In this document: one piece after another, positions 50,123 to 60,444 of the stretch
Layout: each line of letters starts with the position of its first letter
Numbering within the stretch: position 1 is the first letter of the stretch
Source: Octopus bimaculoides
Lineage: Eukaryota
Reading direction: 5' to 3'
DNA length: 64,000 bases
NCBI RefSeq assembly: GCF_001194135.2
Contig: NC_068981.1
Span: forward strand, 10,539,373-10,603,372
Translations under genes and position numbers: made by a program
Notes under the pieces: model-generated
Seen by the model: only the letters and a program-made list of their open reading frames with translations
The model's database searches: none
Told to the model about the DNA's origin: nothing

Positions 50123-50751
50123 ATAAGGCGGTGAGCTGGCAGAATCATTATCATGCCAGGCGAAATGCTTAGCGGTATTTCGTCTGCCACTATGTTCTGA
50201 GGTCGACTTTGCCTTTCATCCTTTCATGGTCGATTAAGTAAGTACCAGTTATGCACTGGGGTCGATATAATTGACTTAATCCATTTGTCTGTCCTTGTTT
50301 GCCCCCTCTGTGTGTAGCCCCTTGTGGGCAGTAGAGAAATAAGGATATATATTAACAATTTCTGTAGTAACACTGCATTATTTTTATATTGATTTATTTC
50401 AGTCTGGATCACATTAACCCTTTTGTTACCAAACCAGTTCTGGCTCCAAGTAGAGATGTCTTGTTTACATGGGTTTTGAATTAAAATCTTCCACCAAACC
50501 TTAATCACAATTTATGTTCCTAACACTAGCTGAATGATAACTAAGTTATTTTACTAAATTCTTTGTTATATTTAAAGTAATTGAAAGAAACACAGAGCGT
50601 CTCAAAATAAATACAGTAACGAAAGGGTTAATAATGAAAGTAGATTCAACAGATTGCCATGTAGTGGCTGTTCTTTTTAATTTGCCATCTTCAGCAGCTG
50701 ATTTATTGAGTTGGTAAGATCCTTTTCATCTGAAGCTTTGTGTAAGTGGAG

Positions 50752-50970
50752 GCATGTGGCTTAGGGGTTGGGGTCCTGATTGTAAGATTGTGGTTTCAAT
50801 TCCTGCATCAGCTGATGCGTTGTGCTCTTGAAGAAAACACTAAGTTTCATGTTGCTCCAGTCCACTCACCTAGCAAAAGTGAGTAACCCTGCAATGGATC
50901 AGCATCCCGTCCAGGGGTAATGTATATGCCACAGAAACTGGGGCATTGGCCCTATGAACCTGTATTACTT
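50752..50970 (+). mobile_element. Degenerate SINE with CORE-like and V-domain-like segments
   Basis: gttgtgctcttgaagaaaacactaagtttcatgttgctccagtccactc then aaccctgcaatggatcagcatcccgtccagggg, which resembles the remembered V-SINE domain ccctgcgatggactggcg.cc.gtccaggg. Confidence 0.45.
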
Positions 50971-51492
50971 GAAAAGGAGCTCTGTGTAAGTTGGCTTGTG
51001 TGACTAGATCCTCCTCAAAAATAGCAATTCCTGCCTGGTTAAGTCATCATCATCATCATAATTTAGCATCTGCTTTTCCATGTTTGCATGGGTTGGACAG
51101 TTTATTGAGGCTGATTTTCTACAGCTGGATGCCCTTCCTGTTGCCAGCTCTGGCTTTCCAAGCAAGGTAATATTTCCTTGCAGCCAGATGTGTTTTTCAT
51201 AGACTAAAACAAACATTGCCTGTTTGATGTTCATTTACAACCATCACATGATGTCAAGACCAGTGTAGACACACACACACACACACGTAAACTGGCTTCT
51301 TTCAGTTTCCATTGACCAAATCCAAATCTACTCGCAAAGCTGAGGCTATGGTAAAAGACACTTGCCTAGGGTACTATGCAGTGGGACTGAACCCTGTACC
51401 ACAAGGTTAGGAAGCAGCCAACTTAACCACATAGCCACTCCTGCACCTATATGCATTCCTACGTATACATGCACTTACACACGCACAAATCA

Positions 51493-51544
<52 letters not shown>

Positions 51545-52555
51545 TTCTGTTACTCCCTGCATCACTGTCTGTTTTATTTCAATTTCCTCTCACATTGATA
51601 ACATTGTTCCTCCCATCATACTTTCGCTTCTCTCACCATTTCAACCACAGCTCAGTTCCTGTCATCATCACTTCTGTTTCCCCTCTTCGGATTGTGGAGT
51701 GCCTCTTCAGCTTTGCAAGATAAGGTAGACTTCACTAATGTTAGTGGTAAATATAAAATACATCCAGTACATTCTGGGCTGTAGTTGGTGCTAGGATGGG
51801 TATCCAGCTGTGGAGACTAAGCCAAAAACTGTGGAATCTGACTGACTTGGTTCTTTGACCCTATTTAGGGAGCAATAATACTGAGTAAAAACTGATTTGG
51901 ATTGTAATACCCCTTCTGACCCATGCCAGCATAGAAAATAGACATAACATGGTGATGACATTCAGAGAGGACGAAGCCGTTACATAAATTCACTTGCACC
52001 TATAGATCATCATTATCATCATCATTTAATGTCCATTTTCCATGCTGTCATGGGTTGGACAGTTTGACAGGAGCTGACTAGGCGAAGGGCTGCACCTAGC
52101 TCCAGTCGTCTGTTTGGCGTGGTTTTGAAACACCAACCCACTGGTGATGACAAAGGGATTCTTTCTGTATACAAATGAACATCCACCATGGAGGATAGAA
52201 GCAGCCACAGTGGTGAGGCATACATGTAGAATGGATATGATATGATCCACATGTTGTGTTTGACCTATGTTTCCATGTGTACTTGGGGCAAAATGCTTAG
52301 CTATTTTTCATCTGTCTTTACATTCTGAGTTCAAATTCCACCAAGGTCGACTTTACCTTTCGTCCTTTCAGGATCAATAAAATAAGTACCGGTGGAACAT
52401 AGGGTTCAATGTAATCAACTTGCCTCTCCCTTGAAATTACTGGCCTTGTGCAGGAAATTAAAATCAAACACTGTAAGCTGCATATATATATATTATCTTA
52501 AAATACTGTATTTAGTGCTAAAATCTCAGATTAGTTACATGAAGTATAGACAGTT

Positions 52556-52985
52556 CATCATCGTTTAACGCCCACTTTCCATGCTAGCATGACTTGGGCG
52601 GTTTGACTGAGGACTGGCAAGCCAGTAGGCTGCACCAGGCTCTAATCTGATCTGGCAGAGTTTCTACAGCTGGATGCCCTTCCTAACGCCAACCACTCCA
52701 AGAGTGTAGTGAGTGCTTTTTACGTGCCACCGGCATGTGGGCCAGTCCGGCGGTACTGGCAACGGCCACACTCAAATGGTGTTCTTTACATGCCACATGC
52801 ATGGGAGTCAGTCCAATGTTTTGTTCACATGCCACTGGCACAAGTGTCAGTAAAGCAAAGCTGGAAACGATTGCGCTCAAGTGTTTTTTTTTATGTGCCA
52901 CCGGCACGGAAGCGAGACCGCTGCTCTGGCAGTGATCCCGCTCGGATGGTGCTGTTAGCACTTCACTGGCATGGGTGCCAGTCAT
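52556..52985 (-). mobile_element. RTE 3' end (family A)
   Basis: tcatcatcgtttaacg tail, core and subrepeat units. Confidence 0.8.
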
Positions 52986-53432
52986 CAAATGTAGTATATA
53001 TTTTATCAACACCAAAAAGATGAAAGGTAATGTCGACCTCAACAGAATTTGAACTTAGAACATGAAGACAAACAAAATGCTTCTAAGCATGCTAACAGTT
53101 CTGCCAGCTCACTGCCTTAATTAATGTAAGAAATATAAACCATCTTCTTAATTAGGTCAACTTTGGTTATTAGTGAACCCAGATGCTGTTCGCTTGAAGT
53201 TTTTTTTTTTTCTTTTTTTTCATAGTACCTTTGAAGTAATCCTCAAAATACTCTGTGCACTTGACTAAACTATTTTTACCGATCTATTCAACATTGACTC
53301 ATTACAGCCGGTCGATGTTGCTCGTTTCTTTTATAATTGCAGAATGAAAAGTGTCATCTTTTAACACAATGACTTGAAAAACCGTTTCTACTTCTGTGAT
53401 ATTTGTAAATGACATTTTGTTTTGTCATACAG

Positions 53433-53529
53433 GAAGAATGATAATAATAATAATCTTCAGGGACAAACTTCTGTCACAGATTATTTTCCCGTCAGAAGAA
53501 GCAACAGACAGACAAAGAAATTTTTGGAG
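53433..53529 (+). CDS. KMT5A: KMT5A exon containing the PIP degron
   Basis: KNDNNNNLQGQTSVTDYFPVRRSNRQTKKFLE versus human QNRKLTDFYPVRRSSRKSKAELQ. Acceptor gtcatacAG (phase 2), donor GAG|GTGAGC (phase 0). Confidence 0.95.
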
Positions 53530-53621
53530 GTGAGCTTTAAAACTTTTAAAATTTCTTTCTTTTATCTATTATTTGTTTCAATCATTAGATTGCACCACCT
53601 TGAAGAATTTTTAAGCAAATT

Positions 53622-54290
53622 GTAGGTGTAGGCACAGGTGTGGTTGTGTGGTAAGAAGCTCACTTTCCAACCACATGGTTCCAGGTTCAATCCTTCTGTG
53701 TGACACCTTGGGCAAATGTCTTCTACTATAGCCTTGGGCAGACCAAAGCCATGTGAGTGGATTTGGTAGACGGAAACTGAAAGAAGCCTGTCGTATATTT
53801 GTATGTATGTATGTATATATATGTGTAGGTTTATGTGTCTGTTTGTTCCCGTAACTTAATGGTTTGGCAATAGAGACCGATGGAATACATACTAGGCTTA
53901 CAAAGAATAAGTCCTGGGGGTCGATTTGTTTGACTAAAGGTAGTGCTCCAGCATGGCTGCAGTCAAATGACTGAAACACACAAAAGAATAAAAGAATGAA
54001 TGTAGTTATTTTTGCTTTTAAGCTTAGAATTTATTCGATCACTCTCTTTTGCCAGACTGCTAAGTTACAGGGAGCGTAAACTCCATCAACAGCAGTTGTC
54101 AAGTGGTGCTTGGAGACAAACACACACAATAGGCTTCTTTCAGTTACTGTCTATCAAATCCATTCACAAGGTTTTGGCCAGTTTGAGGCAATAGTGGAAG
54201 ACACTTGCCTAAGGTGCCGTGCAGTGGGACTGAGTCTGGAATTATGTGTTTGGCAAATAAGCTTCTTACCTCACAGCCAAGCCTGCACCT
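53622..54290. mobile_element. Tail-to-tail inverted pair of family-B SINEs (53622-53997 +, about 54020-54290 -)
   Basis: Both copies read against the family-B consensus. The second lacks the extreme 3' tail. Confidence 0.75.
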
Positions 54291-54311
54291 TTTGTGAGAG
54301 AGTGAGTGAGT

Positions 54312-54352
<41 letters not shown>

Positions 54353-54584
54353 GTGTGTGTGTGTATAGGCAAACTGCAATCTTTGTGGCTTTCTAANNNN
54401 NNNNNNNNNNNNNNNNNNNNNNNNNNNNNNNNNNNNNNNNNNNNNNNNNNNNNNNNNNNNNNNNNNNNNNNNNNNNNNNNNNNNNNNNNNNNNNNNNNNN
54501 NNNNNNNNNNNNNNNNNNNNNNNNNNNNNNNNNNNNNNNNNNNNNNNNNNNNNNNNNNNNNNNNNNNNNNNNNNNNNNNNNNNN

Positions 54585-54615
<31 letters not shown>

Positions 54616-54814
54616 TAATAATAATGGCGGTGAGCTGGTAGAAATGCTTAGCGGAGTGGTATTTTGTCTGTCTTTACGTTCTGAGGTCAACTTTGCCTTT
54701 CATCCCTTCAGGGTCGATAAATTAAGTACCAGTTGCATACTGGGATCGATCTAATTGACTGGCCCCCTTCCCATACATTTCGGGCCTTGTGCCTAGAGTA
54801 GAAAAGTATATAAT

Positions 54815-55583
54815 GGTCGTTGCCAGCGTCGCCTTACTGGCACGTGCCAGTGACATGTGAAAAACAACATTCGAGAGTGGTTGTTGCCAGTGCCGCCGGA
54901 CTGGCTCCCATGCAGGTAGCACCTAAAAAACACGTTTTGAGTGTGGTTATTGCCAGATCTGCCTGACTGGCCCTCGTGCCAGTTGCATGTAAAAGCACCC
55001 ACTACAGTGTCGGAGTGGTTGGTATTAGGAAGGGCATCCAGCTGTAGAAACTTTGCCAGATCAGATTGAGCCTGGTGCAGCCTTCTGGCTCACCAGTCAA
55101 ATCATCCAACCCGTGCCAGCATGGAAAGCGGATATTAAATGACGATGATGATGATACATATATAAAAAATTTTAAAAACATTTGCACTGAAATCATATAT
55201 GTATATATATATATATGTATGTATGTGTATACATGTATCAGTTTGGCTGCTTGTTTCTCTGGAGACTGTCAGAATAATGTAGATGTCTCTGATGAGACTT
55301 TAATAAGGTTCAAAAATCAATTAAATATATATATATATGTTCAATTCCTGGCATGGGAACACTTACTTACTACACTCTCGGACAGTACCGCCTGACTGGC
55401 CTTCTTGCCGGTGGCACGTAAAAGCACCCACTACACTCTCTGAGTGGTTGGCATTAGGAAGGCATCCACCTGTAGAAACTCTGCCAAATCAGATTGGATC
55501 CTGGTGCAGCTATCTGGTTTCACCAGTCCTCAGTCAAATCGTCCAACCCATGCTAGCAGGGAAAGCGGACGTTAAACAATGAT
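54815..55583 (+). mobile_element. Two tandem RTE 3' ends (54815-55155 and about 55380-55583)
   Basis: Each has subrepeats, core and tail. Confidence 0.8.
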
Positions 55584-55857
55584 TTTATATATATATATAT
55601 ATATATATATANNNNNNNNNNNNNNNNNNNNNNNNNNNNNNNNNNNNNNNNNNNNNNNNNNNNNNNNNNNNNNNNNNNNNNNNNNNNNNNNNNNNNNNNN
55701 NNNNNNNNNNNNNNNNNNNNNNNNNNNNNNNNNNNNNNNNNNNNNNNNNNNNNNNNNNNNNNNNNNNNNNNNNNNNNNNNNNNNNNNNNNNNNNNNNNNN
55801 NNNNNNNNNNNNNNNNNNNNNNNNNNNNNNNNNNNNNAAAGCGGACGTTAAACAATG

Positions 55858-55898
<41 letters not shown>

Positions 55899-56579
55899 CC
55901 GGAGTAAGCACATATATGCAAAACAAGGTGGAAAAAATAATACTCAAATACCAGAGGTAGAGTAATATGCTTTATTGAGAAGCAGCAGAAATATCACAAA
56001 AACTGTTACTCAGAGTTTCACATTCCCATTCAGCTGCTTTTCAATAAAGTGTCATCTAATCTGTTGTGTGTATCTTTCTAAAGTTGCAAGATAGTTTGCT
56101 GATTATAGGCCTACCATCCTTTCAAGGTCCACCAGTCATAGTCTACTTACACAGCAAACCATGGCCTACATCTAACGCGGAAACTGTGTAAAGCTTAAGC
56201 TGATTTGACAGGCTTCTACATTCTATTGTTCTATTTCATGCCAATTCTTTAAATCGATTCTGTTGACCAAGTGAACCCACAGTTGTTTTCCCATACTTCC
56301 ATTTGCAACAGAAATCTCATGACTTGGCAGCATTCATCCAGTTTAGTGAACCTTTATATCGGTGTTTACTATTTTTATCATTAAATATTATTAGGATTGT
56401 ATAAAATGAATGAAAATATTTTGTGTATTTTAGAAGTATATCCAATTGCAGATAAATTTTAGCAACGAGATCTGATATGGACCCCAGGTGAGAAAAGCTG
56501 CCTTATATGACAAATTTGTCAGCTTGAAATAGCAGTCAAATCTGCTTCAGACCACATCATACATTCTATAAAGAGAATA

Positions 56580-57557
56580 TTAACTCTTTCGTTACCAACC
56601 CGGCTTTGGCTCTGAGTAGAAATGTCTTGTTTTCATGAGTTTGGAATTAATATCTTCCACCAAACCTTAATCACAATTTATGTTCCTAACACTAGCTGAA
56701 TGATAACTAAGTTATTTTACTAAATTCTGATTGTTACCAGCGTCGCTTTACTGGCACTTACATCGGTGGCACGTGAAAAAACATTTGACCGAGGTCGTTG
56801 CCAGTGCCGCTGGACTGGCTCCTGTGCAGGTGGCACATAAAAAACACCATTTTGAGCGTGGCCGTTGCCAGTACCACCTGACTGGCCCTCGTGCCAGTAG
56901 CACATAAAAGCNNNNNNNNNNNNNNNNNNNNNNNNNNNNNNNNNNNNNNNNNNNNNNNNNNNNNNNNNNNNNNNNNNNNNNNNNNNNNNNNNNNNNNNNN
57001 NNNNNNNNNNNNNNNNNNNNNNNNNNNNNNNNNNNNNNNNNNNNNNNNNNNNNNNNNNNNNNNNNNNNNNNNNNNNNNNNNNNNNNNNNNNNNNNNNNNN
57101 NNNNNNNNNNNNNNNNNNNNNNNNNNNNNNNNNNNNNNNNNNNNNNNNNNNNNNNNNNNNNNNNNNNNNNNNNNNNNNNNNNNNNNNNNNNNNNNNNNNN
57201 NNNNNNNNNNNNNNNNNNNNNNNNNNNNNNNNNNNNNNNNNNNNNNNNNNNNNNNNNNNNNNNNNNNNNNNNNNNNNNNNNNNNNNNNNNNNNNNNNNNN
57301 NNNNNNNNNNNNNNNNNNNGGCAACGATCTCGCTCGAAAATCCTACAACAACCCCACACAAGAGCCAGTTCAGGGGCACCGGCAACGATCTCGCTCGAAG
57401 AAATTTCATGTGTCACCCGCACAAGAGCCAGTCCAGGGGCACTGGCAACGATCTCACTCGAAAATCCTCATGGCGGATGCTAAACGGTGATGATGATTTA
57501 AAGTAATTGAAAGAAACACAGAGCATCTCAGAATACATAGAGTAACGAAAGGGTTAA
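56580..57557. mobile_element. TTAA MITE family G split by an RTE-subrepeat insertion (56729-57496)
   Basis: Compared with the intact copy at 50414-50631 (..ctaaattctttgttatatttaaag..), the insertion replaces ttgttata between ctaaattct and tttaaag. Confidence 0.75.
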
Positions 57558-57958
57558 ATGCTCATAACAAAACAGGCTGTTCACAGCTAGAACAATTCCG
57601 GGCACAGGTCTGCTCTATCAAGATTAACATGAGGCTAAACACTCATTCACCAGTTTTGTTTTTCCTCTCTTCAATTTCCAGTTTCTTATCTTTTGTGTGT
57701 AAATTACACAATCTTCCACACTGCTTCTTTCTACTACTAAATTCTCTCGGAAAGAATTGACCAACCCAAGACTAAATAAGACATTTACCCAAGATGTCAT
57801 GCTTTGACACTAAACCCAAAATCAAACGGTTACAAAGTACAAGCATGCCTGCGCTTGAAATAATATAACGGCTTCGGTTAACTAAACAATAGTGTTGGAA
57901 CCTAAAGGCAATTAGAAATAGTGTCAGTATTTACCTCGGTGTGTATTGTATTTTACAG

Positions 57959-58018
57959 TGGAAAAGATATCAAGATATTGAATCTGCTGTTCTCAACAGG
58001 ACAGAGGATGGTCTAAAG
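57959..58018 (+). CDS. KMT5A: KMT5A 60-nt pre-SET (n-SET) exon
   Basis: ttttacAG|WKRYQDIESAVLNRTEDGLK|GTAAAT. 20 codons aligning without gaps to human SEERKRIDELIESGKEEGMK. Phase 0-0. Not in the ORF track. Confidence 0.92.
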
Positions 58019-58635
58019 GTAAATTGCTTTTGTTTCTAAATTTAGAATTATTTTGTCTCGACTGTTCTCTAATTTAAAGTGTTGTGATGACCATTTAACT
58101 TTTGTAATACTAACCCACCCGGGACTACCCCTAGATCTGTGATACAAACTGTTTTTATGTGTTCTGAATCAAAACCTTCTTGCAAATATTATCATGCAGA
58201 TGAAGGTTGGCAAATAGAAAGGTATCCATCTGTAGAAAACTGCATTATCGAATTCCATCTGACTGATGCAAGCATGGAAAGTGGATATTGAAATGATAAT
58301 GTGTGTTTGTATTTCTTTGTCTTAACATCACACACTGATTGTAAACAAGTGTCACAATCATTCAGACTGTCATGCATTTTTCGTCTTCCACGAGAATGCC
58401 TGCCTTCATGCTATATTACCTTATTTGGAAAAAGATGAGTGTTGGTGAACAAAAGAGTATCCAGCCTTAGAAAATTTTCCTCGACAGATTTCACCCGACT
58501 CATACAAACATGGAGAAATGGACATTAAAACAAGGATGCCTACAACCAATGCAATTTCAAAAATTAAAATTTGACTTGTAGTGTCTTCCTGGTTATTAAT
58601 TTGTATACATAACTGTTTTCTCTTTTCTGCTTTAG

Positions 58636-58826
58636 GTGGTTGATTTCAATGGTAAAGGGCGAGGTGTGGTAGCCACCAGATCGTTCAAGAAAGGAGAATT
58701 TGTTGTAGAATATGCTGGAGATCTTATAAGTTATCCAGCAGCCAAAGATCGAGAACGTGTTTATGCTTCGGACTCTGGTTTTGGCTGCTATATGTACTAT
58801 TTTGTCTACAATAGCAAAAATTATTG
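58636..58826 (+). CDS. KMT5A: KMT5A SET-domain exon (N-terminal half of SET)
   Basis: VVDFNGKGRGVVATRSFKKGEFVVEYAGDLISYPAAKDRERVYASDSGFGCYMYYFVYNSKNY(C), with PR-Set7/SETD8 signatures GKGRGV, VVEYxGDL and GCYMYYF. Acceptor gctttAG, donor TG|GTAAGT (phase 2), 191 nt. Confidence 0.97.
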
Positions 58827-59344
58827 GTAAGTCTGTTTAATATTTCTTTTGGTAGTTTCTTGCCAGTTTTTAATCAATAACTTTAATAGTTACCAATTCA
58901 TCGTCATTGTTTAATGTCTGCCTTCCATGCTAGCATGGGTGGGACGGTTTCACAAGCGCTGGCCAGGTAGAAGCCTGCACCAGATTTCTGTTTTGGCAGG
59001 ATTTTTTTATATCTGGATGCCCATCCTAACACCAGCCACTCAGCAGAATGAACTTAGTGCTTGTTACGTGGCACAAGCACAGGCAAGGTTTTTACAGCTG
59101 GATGCCAACCACTTTACAGTGTGGACTGAGTGCTTTTAAGTGGCACCTGCACTGACAGGGTCACCAAGTAACTTGCAACACAAAAAAAAGAAAAGGCTGC
59201 ATAAAAAATGAGTCAACACCAGATTATTTACTCTGGAAATTAACTAGGGTATTTTCACTGAGACAGTTATTTAAAAGGAAAAAGCTAATTAAAATAAACT
59301 TTCTGTATTTTAAAGTTACATTCTATATACTTGGTCTATCAAAA

Positions 59345-59510
59345 CTAACTATATCTATCTATCTATCTAACCAACTGTCTAACTATCTATCTGTCTAACT
59401 ATCTATCTGTCTAACTATCTATCTGTCTAACTATCTATCTGTCTAACTATCTATCTGTCTAACTATCTGTCTGTCTAACTATCTGTCTGTCTGACTATCT
59501 GTCTGTCTGA
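59345..59510. repeat. Compound tetranucleotide microsatellite with 16-bp higher-order unit (CTAA CTAT CTAT CTGT)n
   Basis: Read directly. Runs into an 815-N gap. Confidence 0.9.
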
Positions 59511-60413
59511 NNNNNNNNNNNNNNNNNNNNNNNNNNNNNNNNNNNNNNNNNNNNNNNNNNNNNNNNNNNNNNNNNNNNNNNNNNNNNNNNNNNNNNNNNN
59601 NNNNNNNNNNNNNNNNNNNNNNNNNNNNNNNNNNNNNNNNNNNNNNNNNNNNNNNNNNNNNNNNNNNNNNNNNNNNNNNNNNNNNNNNNNNNNNNNNNNN
59701 NNNNNNNNNNNNNNNNNNNNNNNNNNNNNNNNNNNNNNNNNNNNNNNNNNNNNNNNNNNNNNNNNNNNNNNNNNNNNNNNNNNNNNNNNNNNNNNNNNNN
59801 NNNNNNNNNNNNNNNNNNNNNNNNNNNNNNNNNNNNNNNNNNNNNNNNNNNNNNNNNNNNNNNNNNNNNNNNNNNNNNNNNNNNNNNNNNNNNNNNNNNN
59901 NNNNNNNNNNNNNNNNNNNNNNNNNNNNNNNNNNNNNNNNNNNNNNNNNNNNNNNNNNNNNNNNNNNNNNNNNNNNNNNNNNNNNNNNNNNNNNNNNNNN
60001 NNNNNNNNNNNNNNNNNNNNNNNNNNNNNNNNNNNNNNNNNNNNNNNNNNNNNNNNNNNNNNNNNNNNNNNNNNNNNNNNNNNNNNNNNNNNNNNNNNNN
60101 NNNNNNNNNNNNNNNNNNNNNNNNNNNNNNNNNNNNNNNNNNNNNNNNNNNNNNNNNNNNNNNNNNNNNNNNNNNNNNNNNNNNNNNNNNNNNNNNNNNN
60201 NNNNNNNNNNNNNNNNNNNNNNNNNNNNNNNNNNNNNNNNNNNNNNNNNNNNNNNNNNNNNNNNNNNNNNNNNNNNNNNNNNNNNNNNNNNNNNNNNNNN
60301 NNNNNNNNNNNNNNNNNNNNNNNNNCTTTTTCTAAATACCTGTTTACATAAACTTCTGAACCTGAATCAGCACATTGAATGTGTGTGTGTGTATGTATGT
60401 ATGTATGTATATG

Positions 60414-60444
<31 letters not shown>

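Noticed and set aside
55268-55320. Possible hammerhead ribozyme core (ctgatga gactttaataaggttc aaaa); also ctgacga..gaaa at about 18344-18364
   Set aside because: GAAA is mutated or stem II is missing, and stems I and III cannot be formed convincingly.
55558-55900. Direct repeat aaagcggacgttaaacaatgatttta(ta)n on both sides of a gap
   Set aside because: Most likely an unmerged contig overlap, not a true duplication.
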